Made by a program: the position numbers and the translations under genes | Notes under the pieces: model-generated | The model's database searches: none | The model's input: only the letters and a program-made list of their open reading frames with translations | What the model was told of the DNA's origin: nothing | NCBI RefSeq assembly: GCF_009914755.1 | Contig: NC_060927.1 | DNA: 64,000 nucleotides | Origin: the human T2T-CHM13v2.0 reference genome, Homo sapiens | Strand: one strand, 5' to 3' | Part shown: in pieces, positions 25,978-39,480 of the stretch | Position numbering within the stretch: the stretch's first letter is position 1 | Layout: each line of letters starts with the position of its first letter

Positions 25978-27850
25978 TATTTCAAAAAAAATCCAAGAAT
26001 TTTGTAACTTTGGATTCATGATTGATCATTGAAACAAGTGATTTTCTCCTTTTTAAAAAATATTTTCATTTAGGAAATACTAACATCACCAAAAATGTAA
26101 AATGTGCTCTAATCTCACCACTTCGAAAATCAAAATAGATAAGGAAGCCAGGTTCTCCATTTGCTCATCCAATCTCATCCCATCCTAGAGTCTGACAATC
26201 TGGTACACATCTTCTTCACCTTTTCTCTATGGTTGTACTGACTTATCTGTCTATCCATCCATCCAAACACTGGCTTATATTTTAAATATATATATAAACA
26301 GTAGAACCAGGCCACAAATATTAACCTAAGCCTTGATTTTTTTCTTAATTAAAATACACAACTTAACAGATTATTTTCAGTTTTTAGCATTTTAAAGAAT
26401 TATACAAGTGACCATCCTTAGGTAAATGGGGTAGATTCCAGAGTGGCATTGCTAAGTCAAAGAATTATACAAATTTTAACACAAAATCACTTTCTAAAAG
26501 GAATATGCCATCCTGTTAGATGAGCTGGTCTTATTTATCTCCTTATTTATATATTTATTTATTAGTGAGTTTGAGCTTCTTTTAACAATTTTGTTCTTTT
26601 TCTGGAAATTCACTCTTCATGTTGTCAGGCTATTTTTCTTTTGATTTCTTTGTCTTGGTCATAATACTTTGCAGGAGCTCTTTGATACTAGTGATGTTCA
26701 CTTTTTGCTTGGTCATATGTATTGCAAATATTTTCTCTCAGGCTGTCGTTTCATTGTGAACTTTTTTCTCTCCTTGAACCTAAGAGCTAATGTTTCATTT
26801 GAGTATTTTTATTCCAACTTGGAAGCTGAAGATCTTTATAGACCTATAAACAAGACTACGTTGAAATATCTTAGACTTGCAATAGAAAAAAAATAGTTTC
26901 AGTATTCAATCACTGAATTTAAAATGAAGACATTTGAAGCCAGATCTCAGAATGTATATATATGTATTCTTTCTTGATTGCCAGTGTGAACCATATGTGT
27001 GTGCATGCGTGTGTGTGTGTGTACATAGATATATGCCATAATAATTAAATCACCCCATTGTTTCCAAAGTCTTTGTATAGGTTTGGTATCTCTCACTGAC
27101 TGTTTTTTTAATATAATTTTAAGCATATGGGCTTTCAAATCAGACCTTTGTTCAAGTTCCAACTCTGTGATTTATGAGCTGGTGACTTTGTGCAAGTTAC
27201 TTAACCTACCTAGCCTCTGTCTCCTTAACTATAGACTATAAATATAAAGGTTACTATATGGGGATAAAAATTATATAATTCACATTGAGCACAGTGTCTG
27301 TCACATAATAAGCACTTAACGCATGTTATTTTTGTCATCATCATTGTCCTTATAAGTACAACTGCTAGTCTTCATTCCATGGATAAGGATACTCTTTACT
27401 AAGTAGTGACATTCTGAAACAGCTACAATAAGTGACAACCTTCTAGCCCTAAGAAAAGCATCCAAATTCCTCACCCAAACAGCATCCCTGCTCAGGCCTT
27501 AGTGTCCCATTTGACATTGTAAAGTCAAAGCTAAGCTGCCTCTCAAAGCTGTTACTGCCCTAGCATTCCTGCTCCAGCATTTGCCCTCATGACTTGTATT
27601 CTCTTCCATGGAGTTTGCCAGTGACAAATAACTCAAGTCAGCTTACAGAACCACGCTGAATGAACAGGGCAGCAGTATGTTTCCCGAAAAGTTCTTGTTT
27701 TTTGTTCTTTTCTTTTTAATCTAATTAATTAGAAAAGAGAGATTCGGAAAATGGTTCACACTGGCAGTTAGCAAAGAAATATAAAATCGAAGAGAAAAAG
27801 AATGGAGAAGGTCTGCTACTATGCTCCTCACTGCATCTCCATTGCTTTAA

Positions 27851-28194
<344 letters not shown>

Positions 28195-28950
28195 TAATAG
28201 AAATATCTTAAATTCCCTCCACCTTTAAATAAGTCAGGAATTCTCTTAGGAACTAATCTCTGAGGATGGATAAACCAGTTCAGCTGAAATTCAAGCTGAC
28301 CCAGATTCAAACTTTAACACAAAATTTCAAACTTTTGAGATGGAAGAAGAATTGAGATCATTTGTTATTATGTTGGTGGTGGTGGTGTTATTTTACAGTC
28401 CATAGTTTCTGCCAAAGATAAAGCCTTGTGATTACAAGAGAACTAGCTCAAAGTATTTTCTAGGCAGGCTGAAATTAGGGAATTGAGTGAGTTTTGCAGA
28501 AAAGCAAGGACATGAGATGAGACCCAAAATAAAGTTTAAAAAAGTTTACAAGTTATTATCCTTGGGTTTCATTGGTACTTGGTTCTGTGATGAAGGTGAC
28601 CTCACTCGACATTGGAGATTTGTATACAAATTAAATTAGAGAAGTACCATTAGAGGATAAGACAGAAAGTTCAAATTGATACAGAGTTCAGGCCACTTCT
28701 GTGCTGGGTGACCTTAGCCACCTGAGTTAGTTTACAGAGTATACAATGAGCTTGATTTGTGCTTAATGTAGGTTTGAAAGAATTCATATTGAAAGGCCTT
28801 TTTAATGAGCCCAAAGTTCTTGACTTAGATCTGCTTAGGTGTAATGTTCTCCTTAGATTCACAAGGAAGAGGAAGAAATTTCACTAGCAGATTGATTACA
28901 CTCATTTAGAATCACAAAGTCCCCTCAGGTTCTAAAATCCAATTTACTCA

Positions 28951-29180
<230 letters not shown>

Positions 29181-32100
29181 ATACATTCCTTTAGTGCCTA
29201 ATGTGAAGGAAAAGAAATAGTTTGGTAGGTCACCAAGTAAGAATAAGTAAATCGCTTGTATATTCCAACAGCCAAAAGCTGTGTCCGACTCTACATTTGC
29301 CTTTCAGGTAAACAATTTTGTTACACAATTCAAAACACAAACCCACTGCCATTGTTTTTGGAGTAGGAGAGGAAAATAATCTGAGAAAGCTCTGCTTGAA
29401 ACTTTTTAATTAATAACAAATCTTAAACTCTATGAACTTTAAAAGAAAAAGACAATCTATGATTTTTCAATTAAAGAATACATTTCTGAACAAATGGATT
29501 TGCCACAGGATTTTTTTTCAGTGTACTACGTTCATGTAAACATACATCAGCCATCAAGGATAACCACGTTTTGTAACGGGAGGCACAGCCATATGCTGAA
29601 TATGATTCCAGTACAACCCAGCCTTTATAAAAGAAGCAGGTGTCTCAAATTATGATGATAGGTCTGCTGAGAAAAAACTAGAAATTATATAAACAATGTA
29701 TATTATTTAAGGCAACTTTTTTTGCAAGCTAGATAGAAAAGCAAGTGCGTGGTAGGTGTAAAAGGTGACAACACAGCATGCTTAAATAGAACCCTTGCAG
29801 AATCTCCAAACTACTGATTTCCTTGCTTCCACACAGTCAAACCTGCAACAGTGAACACCCCATCCACCTCTAACTGTGCCAATCTGCTGACTGTCTGGAA
29901 TAAACATATTTCTTTAGAAACCTGTGAAATACACTTAAATTGAATTAAGGTTACCTTCTAAACAGTATGGTTCTTGTTAAACTTTGGAACCTAAAAGAAA
30001 AATGGACTTAGATTTTTTTTTTACTGTAGTCACTTGAAAACTATTTTCTTTGAGTAATTTATTTTCCTGTGGACTTTTGAGAAATTGCCAGTTTACTTCT
30101 AATTATCTCCTCAAGGTCAGGGAGCATTTCTCCTGCTTCTCCTGTTTTCCTCTTTCCACAGACGCTGGGTTAGTGCGGAGGCACAGGCTAAGGTCAAATA
30201 GCCTCCAGCAAGTACATTTGCTGCACTGGAGCACTTACCTCCTTAGGTTAAGATTGGCTGCCCAGCTGCCCTTCTGGAGCCAAGGTTAATGCATTTTTGC
30301 ATGTCTACTTAAACTTAAAACAATACCTGGCCCTAAGCCAGCACTCAACAATCATTTGCTAAATGGAGATAGAACATGATGACTTGTTTTTTGAAACTAA
30401 ACGTAAATGGCTCTTAAGGAGATACTCATGAAACATATCTTAATGTTGATTTCATTTATGTATTTCTACAAAATTAAAGCATCCAGAGAGGAAAAAGCAG
30501 GAATATCTGATTTGGTTTGCAGTCACATGAAAGACCAAAGCAGGAAGATCACCAAGCACCATTTTGTCCTTGGACAGATGAGGAAACTGAGGCTCAGAGA
30601 GGCTAAGGGATATCACAGGGTCATTCGGGACAGCCCAAATCAGTACCCTGAATCCCAAACCCTGTGCCTCGCCTCCTCTGAATGCCAGACTGGTCCATCC
30701 AGCTGCCAAGAGCTCCATGTAGTGACTGAGGTGCTACTTAGACTCAACTTGGCTCCCCGACCACCTCCGGTTGGCTTTCCCCCTGACTGCCCCATTTAGT
30801 AACAGTCGCTTCACTTCTCAGGCCAAAAATCTAGGAGTCATTCTTATTTACTCTAATCTCCACACCCTATGTCCAGCACACCAGCAAGTCCATGTATTAC
30901 TACTTACACAACCTGTCCCAAATGTGTACACCTCTCACTAACTTTGTCTGAGCTGGATGAGCTGCGGTGGCTGTGCCTGCCTTCACTCTTGTGCCTTCAG
31001 GTCCCTCTCAGCAGGTGGAGCCATCAGTTCAAAATGGAAATCTGATCATATTATTTCCTCTGCTTAATCTCCTCCTCACTCGACCCTCCCCAACCAATGT
31101 CTTTAAATCTCACACAGAATCCAAAGTTCATACCATGGATTACAAGACTTTACGTGATTGAGATTTTTAAAGTGAGTGGATAGTGTCCTTTAGAGGGACA
31201 ATTTCCTTTCACTCCACTTCAAAGTCAGAGGAGGGATCACTGGCCTCAGATACTTGAATTTCTTGCCAAATATCAAGAAAGTGCTTTTCAGAGAAAGAAC
31301 TAAAGAGGTGGGAATGACCAAATACCATGAGGCTGACCTTAGGATCAAGTCCATATCATTAGTTCCAGGTACATATTACGACCTTGAACAAGGAACCTGT
31401 GCCAATAGCCGCTCTCAATATGCACTGTTAGTGCTCCTTGGGATGAAGACTGTGTCTGTGCATCTTTAAACCCCGAGAGCCTGGCACGGTCTCAGGATAA
31501 AATTGGAACTCAATACATGCTCATGGGATGGAATAATAAATGACAAAATCACACCTGTCTGTGACATGCCTGATCACACAGTGCTGTAACAGTGCCAAGT
31601 TATTTGTAGCCTCTTCTCCTAGTTACTCTCAGCCCACACTGAGCTGTTTAGAAGAGAACGGAGAGAGAGGGCCATTGTCAGAAAACAAGATACTTATTTC
31701 CTCTGCCAGGCATAGGCCAGAACTGTCATTAAATGCCCCTTTCCAAAACAGGGGGTCTAGTGAAAATTTTTGGCATTTGGTCTTCTGCTGTCTTCCCCCT
31801 GAAACTTTCCAGATGCGAACACCATGGTATAATTTCACATTCTGGTTCTGTAGACTATGTTACACAGCTCTCCCAGGAGCAGCAATTCTGAAGGTGTCAG
31901 TATTGTTAGGCCCACTGCAGACTAGAGAATTGAGTCTCAAAGAAAGGTCAGAGAACCCAAGTGGGGTCCCTAGCATGCTAGAGTGCAGATTTCCGACCTT
32001 TCAAACCTTGTGATACCCTGTTATTTGTTTACTTAGTATTCCTGTCCTTTCCTTACCTCCTCCCTGCATACAACTGTCCCCAAAAGTGGCTCATATCATG

Positions 32101-33389
32101 ATACTTTTTCATGTTAATTTAATTTCACACTGTTTCTTGAGATAGCTGGTGATACCCTGTGCCTGAGCATCACAGAAGGTTTATAGGAGAAGGCATTAGA
32201 CCTCATAACATCTGTCTGCCCTAATCTCTTCATCAAAGCTTTTAACAAGCTACCATCACAGACAATCCTTTCTCAATGGATGGAAAATATTTCCAGAACA
32301 ATATTCAAGCACTCCATTTTCCTGTCAGAAAAGTAATTGTGGCTGGCTGATAAACCAGTATGAAAAATCAAATTTAAATGAACCAAATTTAAATTTATAA
32401 GAGCCTCATTTAACATGCAATTAATTTTATGCCTATAATAAAGAGACTAAAGCCTCTGGTCTCCCTGAGGAATTAAAGAGGCTGATAAGAGAATGCTAAA
32501 TGCTGTGCCCCATGGAAATAGGGTAACATGATTCTCGAACACTGTCATCCTTTTGGTTGCATAATATTATATACAATACATTCTATTTCAGGGAAGCATT
32601 AATTTTACTAAAATTAATTTTTTTCTGAGTATTCATAGAAATGTGACCAAATGGTTAGGGCTGAAACATAGGCGGTTGGTTCCTGACTCCCTTTTTAAGT
32701 TCTTATTCTCTCCTTCATATTACGTCTTCAGTCTTTATAGCATTAGCGTCCAGTGTTTTTGTTTCTTCCCCCAAAACAGAGAATAATAGAAATGGTAGAG
32801 CTCAGCTATATTTTATGTTCCTTAAACTTTGTTCCAATTAGTAAAATGTTGAGCAAAGGCTTCATTTGCTAACCCCTTTATATTACTATTAAAACCAACA
32901 TTTACATTAAGATGGGGTTGGGGCAGTCATTTATTTCTGATTTAAACCATTTTAATGAGTTTTATGTGTAATAAATGTACCTCTAGCTCACTATAAGCCT
33001 ATTAAGTGATCCAAAATACATAAATATTAATTTGCATTGTTCAAGAAGAAAAACACTAACTGTTGGAAAGAAGCTGCTTTTTATTCTAAATTTTGCTTCT
33101 GGATATTGCCACATACAAGTCACTGTGAAGGTCATTCCTAAGTGTATATTTTCCTGTGAGAGTGATAATATTCCTGAAAAAGCTCTAAGACTTTTTTTAT
33201 TGGGGGAAGTCAGCCTTTCATATATTTTTAAAACGTTCTAGAGTCAATTAACAATCATTGTATTCAACGCATTTTTGAAACTATTCCAATTCTATTTTTT
33301 TAAAGCAAATTCTTGAAAGAAACCAAACTTCAACTCTGAATAGTGCTCATATTTAGATTTTGGGGTTTGTTTCCTGCTTCTGCTCCCAG

Positions 33390-33476
33390 GATTGAAGGGC
33401 TCCCTCCAGAGGCTGCAGCTCGAGTATGTGGATGTGGTCTTTGCAAATCGACCGGACAGTAACACTCCCATGGAAG
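33390..33476 (+). CDS. KCNAB1: KCNAB1 coding exon, 87 nt: (G)[28 protein letters not shown](E)
   Basis: Acceptor cctgcttctgctcccag| and donor AAG|gtaagt. AKR motif [11 protein letters not shown] followed by FANRPD. Phase 1 to 1. Confidence 0.98.
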
Positions 33477-34794
33477 GTAAGTTAAGAAAGCTAATAAAAT
33501 ACTCTAGAAATCTTGATTCAGTTTGAGGGCTTATTCTGCTCACAGCAGGAAATGAATTGTATTCAGACTGATCAAACTGAATGTGAAAAATAAAAATGTT
33601 TCTGACTGATGCCTTTTGGCCTCAGCGTTTAACCCCAAAACCAATGCTCTGCGTGCTGCGTCTTCTTCTTTTAAAGCAGTTGAAGGCATTGGGCTCGTGG
33701 CTCCCGCTGGTTACAGTGCTCACCTTTTCCAGGTTCATTTCACTTTTGTGATTTCATCAACTAAAACAATAAAGTTAATTGGAAAGGGGCTTTATAACTC
33801 AGCCATCATCGCGTCACAGTAAATCCTTTGAGGGTCTTCCTATTTTATAATGGCTCTAAGTCTGATTAGTTTCCAGTCTGTGGTAGCAATGCTCAGTGGT
33901 GCCACCAGCAGGGATTCCACAGCAGTGACTGCTTCAAAATAAGATATCATTGCAGTTTGATTGTTGAGTCTCAAGGAGCTGCAACATTTTATCCCCCTTC
34001 TGTTATAACTGTTTGAGGACCACAGTTTAAGCTTCTCCCTGTGGAAGCTTTCAGAATGTTTCTAAAACCAGATTTTCTTCGATTTACATTTATTTACAGA
34101 ACTTGCTAGGATGTTTGAGACAGAAGATAGTTTGAGAGGCTGAGGATGAATTAAAAAGAATGTTCCAGTTAACTGAAGTTTAAAATCATATGGATTATCA
34201 CTTACCTGAGGTGATTGAGAATGAAGATATTTGAGAAAAAGAGCAAAAATGAATATTCTGGTTATTTGAACAGTATGATGTGGATTACCACTTTTAAAAT
34301 AATTAGAATAGTTTGATTCACATGAGATTACATTGAAGGTAACTTTGTCCTTGATGATTCAAAAGGCAGGATCTTGTAATAAATCAGGCTCTGTAAAGAG
34401 TGGTTCTTGTTATAGGGTTATAGAAGGGTTATAGTAATGGAAAAGTATAAATGATTGACATATTATAAATTTTTCTGGGTTGTATTTCTGACCATAAAAA
34501 AGTTATGGAAATTATTTTCCTTGCCATTTGTCTCATTCTCAACTACAGAGAAATGTAAAATATATATAGTCTTATAACTAACTTTCTCCTACAGTTTTCT
34601 TCTTTCTTGAATCCGGGTAAAATTAGGAGTTTATTATAAAGCAGTATCAGCGTGGGAAATTTTCCATGGAAATGACATAAAACTGCATATTTTTTGTCAA
34701 AGCAAAGATTAGGTGTTTGAGAAAGCAAATCATAAGCATTTTATTAGTATAAGAAGTATTTATTGCAAGGATAATATGACGTTATTCAACTCTT

Positions 34795-35164
34795 TTTTTT
34801 ATTTTTTATCTTATTTTTCCATAAGTTATTGGGGTACAGGTGGTAGTTGGTTACATGAGTAAGTGCTTTAGCGGTGATTTGTAAGATTTTGGTGCACTTA
34901 TCACTAGAGCAGAATACACTGCACCATATTTGTAGTCTTATCCCTCACTCCTCTCCCACTCTTCCCCCCAAGTCCCCAAAGTCCACTGTAGCATGCTTAT
35001 GTCTTTGTGTCCTCATAGCTTAGTTCTCACATATCGGTGAGAACACACAACGTTTGGTTTCCCATTCCTGGGTTACTTCACTTAGAATAATAGTCTCCAG
35101 TCTCATCCAGGTCACTGCAAATGCTGTTAATTCATTCCTTTTTATGGCTGAGTAGTATTCCATC

Positions 35165-35235
<71 letters not shown>

Positions 35236-35435
35236 TATATACACACACACATATATATATATCTCACAGTTTCTTTATCCACTCGTTGATTGATGGGCAT
35301 TTGGGTTGGTTCCATGATTTTGCAATTGTGAATTGTGCTGCTGTAAACACGCGTGTTCTTTAAGGAATATTCACACTGTTTTCCATAGTGGCTGTACTAG
35401 TTTACGTTCCCACCAGCAGTGTAGAAATGTTCCAG
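34795..35435 (-). mobile_element. L1PB-like 3' fragment containing a compound (TA)n(CA)n tract at 35165-35262
   Basis: ttccataagttattggggtacaggtggtagttggttacatgagtaag...cttcacttagaataatagtctcc. Confidence 0.85.
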
Positions 35436-38400
35436 TCAATTCTTAATGACACATTAAAACAGAGCACTAAAGTTATTTAGTCTGCAATAGTGTCAAGTAA
35501 AATGCCATTTAGTGGGGTCTATGAAAGACTGGAATTGCTTCACATTTTAAGTGCCTAGTGACTATTTTCCTCTTTTAGACAGTGTTCTTTGCAGTTATAC
35601 CATGTACAGGATAGCAGAACATCTGAGATTTTTAAGAATTTTGTTCCCATCTTACCCCTACCTTTAATTTTAGGAATATATTGTAGGAGTCTCTCAAACA
35701 GAAAACATAATTTGCATTATATTTATAGAAGAAGGAGGAAATCCTCAATTAGGAGCCAAACTATGTGATACCAACAAGATAATGATGTCTCTTGTATCAA
35801 TATTTATTACATGTTGAAATTTATTTTAAAAATCTTCAAAGTGTTTTAAAAAATAATTGCTGCTGCCCAGTGGAGTTCGTAACTGCAGCATTATTTAGCC
35901 TTTATGGGAATCAGAGAAAATTTACATTTTTCCTGAGTAGTTTCTTATATACAATTCCACAAAGCGGAATGGGAAGCTATTTTATCCTGAGTCATTTTCC
36001 AAGCTCAGAAGCATAATGAAGGGTGTCAAACAATGGAGATTCGCCACTTGTTGATAAGGTCAAGGCACATGGCATTTTGTAGCACAGCAGCAATCAACCA
36101 CCTCATGCTGGAATGTTGCCTGCTCCCCCTCACTAGGAAGGGGAGACTCACCCCAGCAGGCCAATCAACCTCTGAGGCTTATTCTTCTGGGAGGACCCTG
36201 CAGGGACATTCCACAGGCAGCTCCTCATGCAGGACTTGTTCCAGATTGAAATAGCTTCCATGTGAGCTTTTCCTAGCTTTCAGAAAATGTTTATCCTCAA
36301 ACTTAGTACACTCATTTGTTCCAAGGTGGGCCCACTGGAACAACCAGAGTTTGATATAAGTCTCTGGAAACACATCTATACATATAGTCTTTTCTACTTT
36401 ACTGTACCGGGGGAAGGTACTGATCTGGGAAATAAAGAAGAAATAGGAAATAAAGAGACAGGACTGTCCGGTGGACTTGGGTACATTTGGCACCCTAAAA
36501 ATGGGGGGAAAACAAGGTGCCTGTGTTAGTTCTGGATTCCATGTTGTTGAGAGTCACCTTTGCAACAATTTTGTAACTCATACAGTGTGTGTATGGGAAT
36601 AAAGTTGTACATGTACAATGGGGGTATACCTTAGGAAGACTATCAGTGTTTCTAAAAACATTACAGAAGGCAAATGTTATTTATAATCAAATTACCCTTG
36701 AAAACACTACAGTAACTCTGTTAGTTAATGATATTCTATTGGCGTTAATTAATTATTCAATTTATTTTTCAAATGTGGTGAAAAAATCATCACCAGATAG
36801 TTGTCCAACCTTTTTTTTTCGGTAGTGGCAGAAAAATCCTTAATATCAAATGATACTACTTTTTTTCTTGTTTCAGCAACTCACGTTGGCTATTTTAGGT
36901 TCACTTGCATCCATTTCTGTTTAAGTGACACAACAGTGGTTGCCAAGTATATATTGTTGAGTATTTATATATTAAATCTACATTTATTAATACTATGGAC
37001 CCTTAGCATTTGTAAATCATTTTTATTGATTTCAACTATTATTTGCCAACCCCATGGAGTCACAACCCACGCTGACATAATTCTGCTGAGGCACCTCTTT
37101 TAAACACAGGGGACGTAGCACTTTCAAATGAGTTCAGCCCAACCCAGTGCTTGCTCTTATTTGTCACTGATTACCAGGTAGCGCGGAGTACAAGAACTTG
37201 GGGACACTGAGAGTCTCCAGTCATAAACTATGCAAATGTCAAGGGTCATGTGTGTGCCCACAATGAGCATCGCTAAGATACATTTTAAACAACTTCCATT
37301 TAAATATTATTAAAATGCCAATTGTATTCATGTGGTTTCTACCATGAAATGATGTTAATCGGGAACATTTTAAAAATAAACCAAGACGAGCTTCATCCAG
37401 TTTCTACATATCATACAGCAACCATTTGAGCCAGAAAAAGATTAACTGCAGCATCTTTATAACATATTGGCATCATATATCTAATTAGTTTTTTCCTTCC
37501 CTTATTTCTTAGAAAATCAATAGACAAAAAGCGAGTCCTCTCAAAAGAATGGCTGTAAATTCCAAAGGTGCAATCAGTGGAGAAAGGGGTGAGAAACTTC
37601 ATTCGCAATCTGCAACCCCATGGAATACAGTTAGACATTTTCAGGCTATGGGAAGATGTTCCTGACAATGGAGGGGAGCTTGTGTACTTTTTCCTCTGTC
37701 CCTCTTGTTTATTTTTTCTGGTTCACCTAGTAGTAAGTCATTTTTCTTTCACAGCATCTGCCATGCCATCTGTCTCTGCTACAATATCTGGCAACGATGG
37801 CATGTTTTCCAGTCCTAGAAAAAAATCAGCCCCACATCCCATTTCCTCCTTCTTATGGGTCTGTGTTCCTCCCAGTAGAGTCACTGACAGTTCTTTATGC
37901 TCTATGAAGCTCATATCCCTAATTCTGTCACTTCCACAAATCCCTAACCTGTATTTCAAAATCTTCTCTCGAGCTCATTAGACAAGAAAAAGTTCAGGCA
38001 ATAGAGTCAGTCTGGACATGGATGGACACAGAGCATTTGTGTGTCCAAGGAGCCATATGAGGAGTTTTTTGGGTTTTTTTGTTTGTTTCTTTTGACTTTC
38101 TGTCATTCCCAAACACCAGGCTAATATCTCTACCTATACTCTTCTCACTGCTCCAGGAAGAACAGATTGAGCCTAACTGTGGTCATGAAAGGAAGGTATA
38201 AGCCTGTACCACTTGTAGACAACAGCAAGAAGAGGGGACACACTAACTTTTCGATCTGAAAATATGATTTTTAAATTAAATTAAATTTTAGTTAGTTTTT
38301 TATTTTAAAAACACTTGGATTTGAGTCCTTACTTTTCATATAGAGCTTGTTGCCAAGACTGATTATTCTTACAGAATTCCTGAGTCATTAAATATTATTT

Positions 38401-38919
38401 CCATGCTGATAACGGTTCCAGTTATTAATTTTTTCCTGCCAGCAGATCAGCACAGACATAAAGCAGCCCAGATGTCTCAATTTCAAATAAGAGAAGCAAG
38501 ACCAAAGTTAGCTTCACTTATTCCCATAGTATCATCTTGTCAAATAACCCATTCCATAAGTATTTACTTCTTTCTAAGCCATCTTTTTTAGTGTTGTCAT
38601 GTGAAAGCAGGCATCTATGGATATTCAGGGATTCAGGATATCCAATGACAACTTAGAAAATGCCAGAAAGCAAAAAACATTGCAGTATCCCAAATTTTCT
38701 ACATTTTGACAGTTCCAAAATACTGGACCTAGATATTTAACTTCCAAAGTAAAAAGTTTTCAAAACCAAAATTAACCACCTAAAACCTAGAAACATCATT
38801 TAACCACAGTAGATCAGGCCTTCTGCCTCTATCTTTTATTATCTTCCCTGAAAGTTACCTTCAAGCCATTCGAAAAAACATGATATAGAAGGAAGAAATC
38901 TTCTGCAAATATTATCAGG

Positions 38920-39480
38920 GAGCTGTCCAATAGAAATATAATGCAAGCCACATATATATAATTTAAATTTTCTATTAGCTACATCATTAAAAAAGTAAAA
39001 AGAGAGAGGAACAACACATATCGGGGCCCGTTGTGGGGTGGGGGGCAAGGGGAGAGAGAGCATTAGGATAAATACCTAATTCATGCAGGGTATAAAGCCT
39101 AGATGACGGGTTGATGGGTGCAGCCAACCACCATGGCACATGTATACCTATGTAACAAACTTGCACGTCCTGCACATGTATTTCTGAACTTAAAGTAAAA
39201 AAAAAAAAGTAAAAAGAAACAGGTGAGGTTAGTTATTATATTTTATTTAATGTGATATATCAAAACTTACCACTTCAGCATGATCCATTAGTATCCAAAA
39301 GTTACTAATGGCATATATTACATTCTTTTTTTTCCCTACTAAGTCTTTGAAATCAGTTGTGTACACCCTAATTTGGAGCAACACATTTCAGCTGCTCAGT
39401 AGACAATTTTAATTAGGATCAGCCACATTTCAAGTGCTCAATAGCCACATGTGGCTAGTAGCTACTGTACTTGACCACGC
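38920..39480 (+). mobile_element. MER33-like hAT-Charlie MITE interrupted by an L1PA insertion
   Basis: gctgtccaatagaaatataatgcaagccacata... resumes after the L1 with aaagaaacaggtga...gtgctcaatagccacatgtggctagtagctac. Confidence 0.8.
39004..39202 (+). mobile_element. L1PA 3'-end fragment nested in MER33
   Basis: Sense L1PA 3'UTR with A-tail. 15-bp TSD aaaaaagtaaaaaga at 38989-39003 and 39203-39217. Confidence 0.9.

Noticed and set aside
31540-32013. Longest ORF (157 aa, + strand)
   Set aside because: No recognisable domain or convincing splice context. The length is within what chance gives in 64 kb across six frames.
34198-34208. Perfect minus-strand donor CAG|GTAAGT (similar sites at about 13655, 15465 and 30235)
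   Set aside because: A given 9-mer is expected about 0.5 times by chance over both strands of 64 kb, and I found no paired acceptor or exon structure.
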